Assembly (NCBI GenBank): GCA_963555985.3
Contig: OY820591.1
Span: forward strand, 1,664,001-1,728,000
Direction of reading: 5' to 3'
DNA length: 64,000 bases
Source of the DNA: Dehalococcoidia bacterium
Lineage (GTDB): Bacteria > Chloroflexota > Dehalococcoidia > Bin125
This document shows, one piece after another, positions 18,708 through 27,647 of the stretch (positions within the stretch are counted from its first letter, which is position 1; each line of letters begins with the position of its first letter). The position numbers and the translations under genes were made by a program. The notes under the pieces were generated by a model. The model did no database searches. It was given only the letters and a program-made list of their open reading frames with translations, and had not been told where the DNA came from.

Positions 18708-21119
18708 GTGGACGCCAAGAGCGCAACAGCGCTGGAGTTCCCCAAGGTGATCGCTCGCCTCGCCGAGCACTGCGCTACCCCCGCAGGACGCGAACTCGCG
18801 CTCGCCTTGACTCCAAGCGCCGACTCCGACGAAGTCCGCCGCCGGCTCTCCGCCACAGCCGAAGCCCGAACCTTGGCCAGGGTCAAGCCCAACTTCTACA
18901 TCGGCCAAGCCCCCGATGTCGCCGGATCGCTTCTCGCCGCCAGTCGCGGCAGCGTCCTCCCCGCGATCGACATCCTCGAAATCAAGGTCCTCCTCCGCTC
19001 CGCCAGGCACACCCGCAACCACTTGGCCCCGCTCACCCGCGAGTTGCCCCAACTCGGACGGGTCGCCCAGCGCATCGCCGACTTCTCCCCCTTAATCCGC
19101 GAAATCGAAGACACCATTGACGAGCGCGGAGAAGTCCCCGACCGGGCCAGCCCCAGACTCGCGGAAGCGCGCGCCGAAGTCCGCACGATGCAGAGCCGCC
19201 TCGAACAGCAACTCGAACGCATCCTCCGCCGCGCGGTTGGCGAGGGCGTCGCCCAGGAAGCGCTCGTCACCGAGCGCGACGGCCGCTACGTGATCCCGGT
19301 CAAGGCCGAAGCGCGGGGCGCGCTGCCCAGCGTCGTCCACGACGTCTCCGCCAGCGGCGCAACCCTCTTCGTCGAACCGCTCGCCGTCGTCGAACTGGGC
19401 AATCGCCTGCGCGAGGCGCAGCGCGAAGAACAGCGCGAGATCGAGCGCATCCTGCGCGAGCTCTGTAAGGCGATCGGCGCGGAGGCAGGCGCGATCCGCG
19501 CCGCTGTGCGCTGTCTCGCCGAGATCGATCTCGCCCGCGCCAAAGCGCTGTTCGGCGGAGCGCTCGACGCCCCCCTGCCCTCGGAGAACGACGCCCTCAA
19601 CTGGGTCGGAGCCGACGCCGCTGAACTGATCTTGCACTCCGCTCGCCACCCCTTGCTCAGCGGCGAAGTCGTTCCGATCTCGCTCGCCCTCACGCCGGAC
19701 GCTCGCTGCGTCCTGATCACCGGCCCCAACACCGGCGGCAAGACCGTCGCGCTCAAGACCGTCGGCCTGCTCTGCCTGATGGCCCAGGCCGGACTGCCCG
19801 TACCCGCCGAACGCGGCACCCAGCTGCCCATCTTCGCCGACATCTTCGCCGACATCGGCGACGAACAGAGCATCGAACAGTCGCTCTCGACCTTCTCCGC
19901 CCACATGACCAACATCATCCGCATCCTCCGTGAGGCCAGCCCGCACACGCTCGTGCTGCTCGACGAACTCGGCGCCGGCACCGATCCCGCCGAAGGCTCC
20001 GCGCTCGCGCGGGCCTTGCTCGAGCAACTGCTCGAACAGGACGCCGCCGTCGTCGCCACTACCCACCACGGCGAACTCAAGATCTTCGCCCATTCCACCC
20101 CGGGCATCGTCAACGCCAGCGCAGAGTTCGACTCCGAATCCCTCCAACCCACCTACCGCCTCCTGATGGGAATGCCCGGCCGCTCCAACGCGCTCGCCAT
20201 CGCCGAACGCCTGGGGATGCCGCCGGAGGTCCTCTCCCGCGCCCGCACCGACGCATCCGCCGACGCAGCCTCGATCGAGCAGCTGCTCGGCGAGTTGCAG
20301 CACGAACGCGACGCGCTCGCAGACGCCCGCCGCGCAGAAGAAGTCGCGCGCGCCGAAGCTGAAGAGATCCGCAAGAACCTCAGCGAGCGGCGCGACGCCA
20401 TCGAAACCGAGCGCGAAGCCATGCTCGCCCGCACCGAACGGATCATGGAGGACGAACTCGCCGCCTTGCGGCGAGCCTCCCGCGACGCCCTCAAAGAACT
20501 CTCCCGCCAGCGCTCCCGCGAACAGGCGGAAGCGCTCGCCGAGCATCGCGCCGACGAAGCCAGAGATCGCCTGCAACGAGTGCGCCGCGAGCGTTCGCGC
20601 CGCCGACGCCGGCGCACATCCGACGCAAGCGGCCAGGCGTTCGATCCCGAACGCCTCGCGGCAGGCGATTTCATCTACCTACGCGGAATCGCCGAGCCGG
20701 GCGAAGTCCTCTCGAAGATCGACGACGGCTCGCTCGAGGTGCGGCTCGGCTCCTTGCGTACTCGCGTACGCACCGAGCAAGTCGAACGGCTCGCACCCCG
20801 CGAGCAAGCCAACCCGCGAACCGCCTCCCGCGCCCGCAGCGAGCGCGTGCAAATGCCCAAACCCCCGATCGACCCCGGCTCCAAGATCGACGTGCGCGGA
20901 CATACCACCGACGAAGCCTCAACGATGGTCGACTCCTTCCTCGATCTCGCCTACCGCGCCGGTCAGTCCCGCCTCGAAGTCGTCCACGGCAAAGGCACCG
21001 GCGCGCTCCGCAAGGCGATCCGCGAACTTTTGCAGGGGCACCCCCAGGTCGCCTCCTACCAGAGCGCCGAGCCGAAAGCGGGCGGCGAAGGCGTTACCGT
21101 CGTGCAACTGGTGCGCTGA
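18708..21119 (+). CDS. mutS2: MutS2 family endonuclease
   Basis: LEFPKV, HDVSASGATLFVEP, ITGPNTGGKT, DIGDEQSIEQSLSTFS, DELGAGTDP, C-terminal Smr HGKGTGALR. Confidence 0.96.
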   Translation: MDAKSATALEFPKVIARLAEHCATPAGRELALALTPSADSDEVRRRLSATAEARTLARVKPNFYIGQAPDVAGSLLAASRGSVLPAIDILEIKVLLRSARHTRNHLAPLTRELPQLGRVAQRIADFSPLIREIEDTIDERGEVPDRASPRLAEARAEVRTMQSRLEQQLERILRRAVGEGVAQEALVTERDGRYVIPVKAEARGALPSVVHDVSASGATLFVEPLAVVELGNRLREAQREEQREIERILRELCKAIGAEAGAIRAAVRCLAEIDLARAKALFGGALDAPLPSENDALNWVGADAAELILHSARHPLLSGEVVPISLALTPDARCVLITGPNTGGKTVALKTVGLLCLMAQAGLPVPAERGTQLPIFADIFADIGDEQSIEQSLSTFSAHMTNIIRILREASPHTLVLLDELGAGTDPAEGSALARALLEQLLEQDAAVVATTHHGELKIFAHSTPGIVNASAEFDSESLQPTYRLLMGMPGRSNALAIAERLGMPPEVLSRARTDASADAASIEQLLGELQHERDALADARRAEEVARAEAEEIRKNLSERRDAIETEREAMLARTERIMEDELAALRRASRDALKELSRQRSREQAEALAEHRADEARDRLQRVRRERSRRRRRRTSDASGQAFDPERLAAGDFIYLRGIAEPGEVLSKIDDGSLEVRLGSLRTRVRTEQVERLAPREQANPRTASRARSERVQMPKPPIDPGSKIDVRGHTTDEASTMVDSFLDLAYRAGQSRLEVVHGKGTGALRKAIRELLQGHPQVASYQSAEPKAGGEGVTVVQLVR

Positions 21120-21143
21120 ATGCGCTGAATTTGGTGCGTCGAG

Positions 21144-21773
21144 ATGGTCTTGCGCCGAATCGCAGAAGCAATCGACCGCCGCCCCCAGAGCGGGCGGGTG
21201 CGCCGCTCGATCCTCGCCATCGCCGCCCAGGACTTCAGCTCGCAACTGCCCCAAAAGCGGGGGCGCTCAGGCGCAGTCGGCGCAAGCGGCTGGGACATCA
21301 GCAACCTCGCCCATCCTGCCTTCTGGACGATGGCCTTGCTCTCCCAGCGCCGCGAGCGCTTTGCCATGACCCTGCTCGGACAGATCTACGTCGATCGCGC
21401 CGCCGTCACTCCTTATGTCCAGGAGAAGCGAGCCGCCGAGCAGGTCCTGAACGCAATCGGAACCGTAGATCCCGATTCCCTCGTCGGCTTCGTCGACGCC
21501 GCCGTGATGCTGTTCCAACCCCCAGGCTCCAGCGGAGCGCCGCTCGTACCGCTTGACCAAGCCTCGGAAATTCTGCGTCTCGCCCTCCTCAGAGGCGCAA
21601 TGGTGGGCGAACTCCGCCCAGACGAGATCGCAGCGGCCTGGAGCACAGCCCACCCCGATCAGCTCGCCGAACTCGGCGGCGAGCGAGCCTGGAAAAAAGC
21701 CCAAGGACGAGCCGAGATGCTCTTCCAAGACTGGCAGCAAACCCGCCGCGGCGCCGGCCGCCGCCTGATCTGA
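21144..21773 (+). CDS. Hypothetical protein
   Basis: 209-aa ORF with normal codon usage filling the gap between mutS2 and rarA. Confidence 0.6.
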   Translation: MVLRRIAEAIDRRPQSGRVRRSILAIAAQDFSSQLPQKRGRSGAVGASGWDISNLAHPAFWTMALLSQRRERFAMTLLGQIYVDRAAVTPYVQEKRAAEQVLNAIGTVDPDSLVGFVDAAVMLFQPPGSSGAPLVPLDQASEILRLALLRGAMVGELRPDEIAAAWSTAHPDQLAELGGERAWKKAQGRAEMLFQDWQQTRRGAGRRLI

Positions 21774-21851
21774 TCCCAATCCCACAGTACGCACGTATCT
21801 GCTGTCGTCAAATGATGTAGGGCTGCGGCCCGATCCGCCTACAGTGAACCC

Positions 21852-23153
21852 ATGACCAGCACCCGCCGGCGATCCAACCCCGACCAGGGCATGCCCCGCA
21901 TGTTCGATCAGGACGCCGGCCTCGATCACAACGCCCCGCTCGCTGCCCGAATGCGGCCCCGCACGCTCGACGAAATCGTCGGCCAGCAGCACCTGCTCGG
22001 AGCCGACGGCCCCATCCGCCGCGCGCTCGAGACCGACTTCCTCCCCTCCTTCATCCTCTGGGGGCCGCCGGGCTGCGGCAAGACCACGCTCGCCCGCGTG
22101 ATCGCCCAGCACACCCACTCCCGCTTCGCCACCCTCTCCGCCGTCAGCAGCGGCGTCGGCGACTTGCGCAAAGTGATCGACGCCGCCGAGCAGGGAAGGC
22201 GCGCCGGCCTCGCCCGCTCCGTCCTCTTCATCGACGAAATCCACCGCTTCAACAAAGCCCAGCAGGACGCGATCCTGCACGCGGTCGAAGACGGGGTCGT
22301 CACCCTGATCGGCGCGACCACCGAAAATCCCTCCTTCGAGGTGATCTCTCCGCTGCTCAGCCGCGCGCGGGTGTTCAAGCTGGAGCCGCTCGCCACCGGC
22401 GACGTGCGCGCCCTGCTCCTGCGCGCCCTCCACGACCGCGAGCGCGGTTTCGGCGCGACGGAGACCCAAGTCAGCGAAGACGCGCTCGAGCTCTTGGCCG
22501 AACTCGGCGGCGGCGACGCCCGCGTCTCCCTCAACGCCCTCGAAGCCGCAGTCCGCCAGGCGGGACGCGGCGGATCGGTCGAACCAGCGCTCGTGGCCAG
22601 CGTCGCCGAACGTCCGCTCCGCTACGACAAAGGCGGCGAACACCACTACGACACGATCTCCGCCTTCATCAAGTCGGTGCGCGGTTCCGACCCCGATGCG
22701 GCGGTCTACTGGCTCGCGCGGATGCTCGAAGCGGGCGAAGACCCGATGTTCGTCGCCCGCCGCATGGTGATCCTGGCGGCGGAAGATGTCGGACTCGCGG
22801 ACGCCAACGCCTTGCCCGTCGCCGTCGCCGCTCAGCAAGCCGCGCACTTCATCGGCCTGCCCGAAGCCACGCTGGTCTTGTCCGAGGCCGCCCTCTACCT
22901 GGCTCGCGCGCCCAAGTCCAACTCCGCCATGACCGCCTACGCCGCCGCCGCCGGAGCCGTCCGCGAGCACGGCGATCTCCCCGTTCCCCTGCACCTGCGC
23001 AACGCCGTCACCGGACTGATGACCAGCATGGGCTACGGGCGCGGCTACCAGTACGCGCACGACTTCAAGGGCGGCGTCGCACAGGATCAAGTCCACCTCC
23101 CCGACCAGCTTGCGGGCGCCAAGTTCTACCAACCGAATGAGCGCGACCGATGA
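21852..23153 (+). CDS. rarA: Replication-associated recombination protein A (RarA/MgsA)
   Basis: PLAARMRP, WGPPGCGKTT, FIDEIHRFNKAQQD, GATTENP, SAFIKSVRGSDPDAA. Confidence 0.97.
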   Translation: MTSTRRRSNPDQGMPRMFDQDAGLDHNAPLAARMRPRTLDEIVGQQHLLGADGPIRRALETDFLPSFILWGPPGCGKTTLARVIAQHTHSRFATLSAVSSGVGDLRKVIDAAEQGRRAGLARSVLFIDEIHRFNKAQQDAILHAVEDGVVTLIGATTENPSFEVISPLLSRARVFKLEPLATGDVRALLLRALHDRERGFGATETQVSEDALELLAELGGGDARVSLNALEAAVRQAGRGGSVEPALVASVAERPLRYDKGGEHHYDTISAFIKSVRGSDPDAAVYWLARMLEAGEDPMFVARRMVILAAEDVGLADANALPVAVAAQQAAHFIGLPEATLVLSEAALYLARAPKSNSAMTAYAAAAGAVREHGDLPVPLHLRNAVTGLMTSMGYGRGYQYAHDFKGGVAQDQVHLPDQLAGAKFYQPNERDR

Positions 23154-23500
23154 CGCAGCAGACCCGATTCAGCGGCGTCACCCTGGAGAGCGTCAGCGCC
23201 GTCGCCGAACTCTTCGGCGTCCCCGCCGAGCGCCAGGCCTACGCCCCGCCGGACGACACCGAGGGCGTCTGGGCGGTGCATCATCGCGGCGAATCGGGCA
23301 ATCTGCGCGTGCTGCTCTGGCCGTCGCTGGATCGAATCGACGTGAGCTGCGGCCCGCACATGTGGATCGTGCGCGGCGTGGACGAACTCGAGATCCTCGA
23401 AGACATCGAATTCATCGCGCGCTTCGGCGAGGGCGGCCTGCTCAGCGCAGCCGTGAGCGGCCAGGTGATGATGGTCGCGCCCCGCTCCGACTCGGACTAA
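23150..23500 (+). CDS. Hypothetical protein coupled to rarA
   Basis: ATGA overlap with the rarA stop; 116 aa. Confidence 0.65.
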   Translation: MTQQTRFSGVTLESVSAVAELFGVPAERQAYAPPDDTEGVWAVHHRGESGNLRVLLWPSLDRIDVSCGPHMWIVRGVDELEILEDIEFIARFGEGGLLSAAVSGQVMMVAPRSDSD

Positions 23501-23512
23501 CCCAAGCAGCCC

Positions 23513-24145
23513 TCAGCCCGGAAGCGGCAGCCCCCGCACCCGCGCAAGGTCGTCCAGCAAGCGCCCCAGCATCGTCGCGGTCGCCCCGAAGATGCGGTGC
23601 CCCTCGTACCAGTACTCGCGCATCTGGAACACCTGCCCCTCGCGTTCCCGCGTCTCGAACGTCAGATTGGCCGGATCGAGCAGGTGCGAGAGCGAGGGCG
23701 TGATCACCTCCCCCACCTCGATTTCGAGCGGCCGGAACGGATAGGGCGCGCGGTCGAGCAGCCCCACGAAGGGCGTGACATGAAAGTCGGTCATGGTGCG
23801 GTAGTGCGACTGCTCGCCCAGGATTTCGACATGCTCGGCGCGAATGCCGACCTCTTCGTCCGCCTCGCGCAAGGCCGCCGCCAGCGGCGTCTCATCGACT
23901 GAATCGAGCGCTCCGCCCGGAAACGAGATTTCGCCCTTGTGATGCTCGACCTGATGCGAGCGCACGGTCAGCACAATCTGCGGATCGTTGTAGGGCAGCA
24001 CCGGAATCAACACCGCCGCCCGCCAGCGGCCAAGCTCAGGAGGCAGCGTCTGGAGGTCATGCAAGACCGCCGCCCGCCGCACTTCGCTCAGCGCAGGCAC
24101 TTCCTCCACCGACTCCGCTACACGGTCAGCGTGAGTACTGGACAT
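23513..24145 (-). CDS. Nudix hydrolase, CoA pyrophosphatase (NudL-like)
   Basis: AAVLIP, LTVRS...HKGEISFPGG, AALREADEEVGI, IFGATA. Confidence 0.92.
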   Translation of the reverse strand: MSSTHADRVAESVEEVPALSEVRRAAVLHDLQTLPPELGRWRAAVLIPVLPYNDPQIVLTVRSHQVEHHKGEISFPGGALDSVDETPLAAALREADEEVGIRAEHVEILGEQSHYRTMTDFHVTPFVGLLDRAPYPFRPLEIEVGEVITPSLSHLLDPANLTFETREREGQVFQMREYWYEGHRIFGATATMLGRLLDDLARVRGLPLPG

Positions 24146-24200
24146 GAGCTCCCATTTCAGCAATGCAGGCCAAACTGTCACTACTGTACTGCGCGCTTTG

Positions 24201-24591
24201 CCCTCCTTGTCCCCTCTCCCTTGAGGGGAGTTGCGCGTACATCACATTCCCGTTGCTCTCGTCATTCCAGCGAACGCTGGAATCTCGCTCCGACCAGATA
24301 ACCTGCAATTCCGGACGAGATTCCAGGTCAAGCCTGGAATGACGGAATTTGGGATTACGCGCAGGTCTCCTTGGGGGGTTGCTTGGGGCTTGGATGCTGG
24401 GGGTGGGTACCCCCTCTGTCCCCCGCCTGCGCGGCATCTCCCTCCCCGCGTGCGCGGGGGCAGGCTCCGCAGAGGGGGGGGAGAGGGGAGGTTGGTTGGG
24501 GGCGTTTGTGCTGGGGGTGGCGTTTCACCCCCTCTGCCCCGTTGGGGCATCTCCCCCTTGAGGGGGAGATTCTTGGGGGCGGGGATGACGG
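24201..24591. repeat. Cluster of REP-like palindromes from two families
   Basis: GTCATTCCAGCGAACGCTGGAATCTC 24261-24286 and GAGATTCCAGGTCAAGCCTGGAATGACGG 24317-24345 (inverted doublet); CCCTCT..CATCTCCC..GGGGG units at 24411-24460 and 24528-24569. Confidence 0.85.
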
Positions 24592-24610
24592 CATTGTGGG
24601 TGGGCATGGG

Positions 24611-26032
24611 TTAGAGCTGATTTCTCATGCTGGCGATGCGGCCGCGGTCGACGGGCGGGAGGTGGAAGAACTCGATCCGGGTGGTTGGCGGTTCGAGTTG
24701 GGGTTGGGCCAGCTCGTGGCAGTAGCGGTCGGCGTCCAGGAGGTCGTCGTCGCGGTCCCGGGGTTGGGGGTTGGCGGCGCGGGGGTCTCGCCACTGGTAC
24801 TCCCTCATGCGGCGCGGGAACTGGACGAGCTCGGGGGTGTAAAAGGACGTCGGCGGGTCGGCGGCGAGCCGCTCTTGCACCAGGCCGATGCCCTGGTGGA
24901 CGGAGCCGGGGCCGCCCCGGCTGGGGCGGATGTCGCGCCCGCGGCGGTGAAGGTGGTCGATCCAGGCGGACTGCGTGCGGTCGGCGTTCCAACTGATTGA
25001 GCCGAAGCGCCGGCGGCACTGGAGCATCCACTGTTCGAGCCGCTGGGTGACGCCCGGGCCTCTGTCCTCGAACTCGGCCAGGCGGATCAAGACGCCCGGT
25101 CCGCAGACGGCATGGCGGGTGGTGAGGCCGGCGACGATGCCGGCGGTGTAGTGGGCCTGTTCGGTCTGGGCGCCGAAGTCGAGGCCGCCGAGGTAGCGCT
25201 CGAAGCTGGGCAGGCGCTTGTCCCAGAGATGCAGTTTGGGGTCGAACTTGGGGTAGACGAGGCCCTCGAAGGCGTCGAAGCGTCCTTCGATGAAGCGTTC
25301 GACCCAGTCGGGCGGGAGCAGGGCGCGTTGCTGCTCGGCGTAGTTCTCGGGTAGGTGGGGGTTGTCTTCGATCTTGGCGGGGATGAAGCGGGCTTGTCCG
25401 CCGGCGTGCTCGAGTTCAGCTTTGTTCAGTTCGCGTTGGACGAACCAGCGCTCGAACCAGCCCGGGTGCGGATTGGAGGCGGCCACGAACCAGCGTTGGG
25501 GCTGGGCCGGGTGACGCAGGCGAGTGAGCAGCATCTGGGCGGCTTCTTCGGCCACTTCGCCGGCTTCGTCTATGAGCACGGTTCCGTACTGCTGGGAGCC
25601 GAGGCCGGTCCAGTCGGAGAGATGGCGAAAGTGGATCGTGGAGGGTTCGCTCGAGTACTGGAGGCTGCTGACCGTGAGGGAATGGGTGGGTGAACTGCGG
25701 CGTTGGATGGTGAGGTCGGGGTCTGCGGTGCAGATGCGCAGGAACTCGCCCATGGTCGTGGTGTAGAGGTCTGTGAACGTGTCGCGTGCGAGCAGGATGT
25801 TGTTGCCCGGGAAGATCAAGGCCGCGTCCAGGGCGAGCTCGGCCAGGGCGCGGGTCTTGCCGCCGCCCATGGCGCCGCCGTAGCCGACCAGGGCGAGGCC
25901 GGGATTGGGCACGGTAGCGACTGCGCAACAGAGCTCGCGCTGTCTGTCCGTCGGAAAAAAACCGCGAGACTTGTGCAAGCGGTCGAACGCAACGACCGCC
26001 CGCTTTGAGCTGGGGGTATTACTGTGGCTCAT
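24611..26032 (-). CDS. Phage terminase large subunit (orphan)
   Basis: Walker A YGGAMGGGKT, Walker B VLIDEAGE, TRLR, ASNP, DNPHLP..Y, RNase H-like GLDFG and DDDLLDADRY. Confidence 0.88.
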   Translation of the reverse strand: MSHSNTPSSKRAVVAFDRLHKSRGFFPTDRQRELCCAVATVPNPGLALVGYGGAMGGGKTRALAELALDAALIFPGNNILLARDTFTDLYTTTMGEFLRICTADPDLTIQRRSSPTHSLTVSSLQYSSEPSTIHFRHLSDWTGLGSQQYGTVLIDEAGEVAEEAAQMLLTRLRHPAQPQRWFVAASNPHPGWFERWFVQRELNKAELEHAGGQARFIPAKIEDNPHLPENYAEQQRALLPPDWVERFIEGRFDAFEGLVYPKFDPKLHLWDKRLPSFERYLGGLDFGAQTEQAHYTAGIVAGLTTRHAVCGPGVLIRLAEFEDRGPGVTQRLEQWMLQCRRRFGSISWNADRTQSAWIDHLHRRGRDIRPSRGGPGSVHQGIGLVQERLAADPPTSFYTPELVQFPRRMREYQWRDPRAANPQPRDRDDDLLDADRYCHELAQPQLEPPTTRIEFFHLPPVDRGRIASMRNQL

Positions 26033-26375
26033 CCTCTTCCTCTTCGCTTTCCTCGTCCTCCGTCAGGGGGACGTCTTCGCCGCGCATGAGGGCGGCTGCT
26101 TGGGCGTGGACCGAGTGGAGGTGGAACTCCTTCTGCTGCTCAGCGGTGAGCGGGGCTTCGGGCAGGTGGGGGGAATGGTTGGGCCGGGGCGGGGGCTCGG
26201 GGTGGGGTTCGATGCCGAGCGCGTAGTGGATCTCGCGGCTCTTGGGGTTGGCGGGGGAGAGTTCGCGGCGCAGGATGGCGAAGGCTTGGGCGCGGACGTA
26301 GCCGGGTTCGCGCTTGGAGAAGGCGAGCTCGCCGACGCCGGCCATGGCGGACTGGTAGCTGTAGTTGAAGGGCAT
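26019..26375 (-). CDS. Hypothetical acidic-tailed protein upstream of the terminase
   Basis: 118 aa, GAGAGGA RBS, overlaps the terminase start by 14 bp. Confidence 0.6.
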   Translation of the reverse strand: MPFNYSYQSAMAGVGELAFSKREPGYVRAQAFAILRRELSPANPKSREIHYALGIEPHPEPPPRPNHSPHLPEAPLTAEQQKEFHLHSVHAQAAALMRGEDVPLTEDEESEEEEDEPQ

Positions 26376-26413
26376 GGGTCGGGGTTCCTCTCTTGCTGAA
26401 TGAAGGACACTTG

Positions 26414-26434
26414 ATCTTATATGGATGGGTGTTC
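26414..26434 (-). promoter_or_regulatory. Putative promoter of the terminase operon with degenerate LexA-like box
   Basis: - strand reads GAAC-ACCC-ATCC-ATA-TAAGAT. Confidence 0.4.
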
Positions 26435-26490
26435 GGGTGGGTAATTTGGGGTGTGTCGTGGTTGACTGAGGGTTGGGTGCTGGTCACGGC

Positions 26491-26571
26491 GAGATACCCG
26501 CGACGGGGCGCGGGTATGACGGAGCTTGTTTGGGGCGGGTATGGCGGAGCTCTGGGCGCGGGTATGACGGA
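26491..26571 (+). repeat. REP-like palindrome plus two tandem half copies
   Basis: GAGATACCCGCGACGGGGCGCGGGTATGACGG, then GGGCGGGTATGGCGGA and GGGCGCGGGTATGACGGA. Confidence 0.85.
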
Positions 26572-26626
26572 AATGGGGATTTAGGCGCAGGTCTCCAAAC
26601 GACAGAGCGACAACTTGACCAACTAT

Positions 26627-26702
26627 TGGTGGGCCGGGCTGGATTCGAACCAGCGACCGAGCGGTTATGAGCCGCCTGCTCTGACCCCTGAGCTACCGGC
26701 CC
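26627..26702 (-). tRNA. tRNA with CAU anticodon, most likely tRNA-Ile2 (lysidine)
   Basis: GGGCCGGTAGCTCAGGGGTCAGAGCAGGCGGCTCATAACCGCTCGGTCGCTGGTTCGAATCCAGCCCGGCCCACCA, 76 nt, encoded CCA; paired 1-72 and body resemble Ile2 rather than fMet. Confidence 0.93.
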
Positions 26703-26767
26703 CGTGTTCGTGGCAATCTGGAGCGAGTCTACAGGGGAGTTGCGGGGGCTGTCTTAGGCTGCGGCGT

Positions 26768-27346
26768 ATGTGGCGTTGCCGGCCGGTCTCTGTGCTCTCG
26801 CTTGTGGCGGTTGCGTTTGCGGTGTTGGCCTGTGGGCCGGTGCCGGGCATTTCGGGGGAGTCGGCCAATCTGGGCGGGGTGCTGCCGCCCGCGACCGCGC
26901 GACCGAGCGGTCTAGACGCCTATCTCGAACTCCCCGACGACGTCGAACAGGTCGTCTTCCCCTACTCGGAGGTGACGATTGAACGGGAGGCCGGCGTTCT
27001 CACCCTGGGCGTACTCGTGGCGAACACGGGCGAGCGGCGTCAGCGCGGGCTGATGTACTGGACCGGTTTGCCCGCGCAGATGGGCATGATCTTCATTTGG
27101 GAAGGCGGCGGCGAGCGTTACGGCGGGTTCTGGAACCAGAACGTGCCGATGGACTTGAGCGTCGCGTTCCTGGATCGGGACGGCGTCGTGATGGAGTTCG
27201 TCACCCTGTACGCGCAGGACGACGAGGTGAAAGCGCCCGCTCAAGCCTACGCCTACGCGCTCGAGGTTCCGCGCGGCCGCTTCGAGCAACTGGGCATTCG
27301 CGTTGGCGATCGGGTGCGGATTCCGCAGTCGCTCTGGGCGGAGTGA
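26768..27346 (+). CDS. DUF192 family protein, probably a lipoprotein
   Basis: Hydrophobic N-terminus ending VLAC; VANT..RQRGLM, GMIF, FWNQNVPMDLSVAFLD, YALEVPRG. Confidence 0.85.
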   Translation: MWRCRPVSVLSLVAVAFAVLACGPVPGISGESANLGGVLPPATARPSGLDAYLELPDDVEQVVFPYSEVTIEREAGVLTLGVLVANTGERRQRGLMYWTGLPAQMGMIFIWEGGGERYGGFWNQNVPMDLSVAFLDRDGVVMEFVTLYAQDDEVKAPAQAYAYALEVPRGRFEQLGIRVGDRVRIPQSLWAE

Positions 27347-27483
27347 GAGTCGCGCTTGCCGGATTTGACGGCGCTCAACATCCGCCTACGTGGTAGACCA
27401 TCGCCGAGAGTGCTAGGATGATTTCGCAAAATAGGCGGTCGGGCACAGCTCGATCCCGACTGGACGCAGATACGGAGCGCAAG

Positions 27484-27582
27484 ATGAAACGAATCGTTGG
27501 CATCGGAGCGCTGCTGGCCGTTCTGGCCGCGGTCGCCCGCGTGATTATGGGCCGCCGTCGCGACGCGGAGGATGAAGCGTAG
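27484..27582 (+). CDS. 32-aa single-pass membrane microprotein (not in ORF track)
   Basis: GGAG RBS; MKRIVGIGALLAVLAAVARVIMGRRRDAEDEA; TGCTAGGAT extended -10 about 65 bp upstream. Confidence 0.6.
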   Translation: MKRIVGIGALLAVLAAVARVIMGRRRDAEDEA

Positions 27583-27647
27583 CCAGTCGCCCGAATGGCG
27601 CCAGCCCGCAGCAGCCCCCAGCCCAGTTCACGACCCGGTAGCGGGCC

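Noticed and set aside
24126-25031. Several Pro/Gly-rich ORFs over the repeat cluster
   Set aside because: Translations of palindromic repeats or shadows of the terminase gene
24200-26702. Integrated prophage at the tRNA
   Set aside because: No integrase, portal or capsid, and no convincing duplication of the tRNA 3' end was seen
26627-26702. Initiator tRNA-fMet
   Set aside because: Positions 1 and 72 pair, and the anticodon stem lacks the three consecutive G-C pairs
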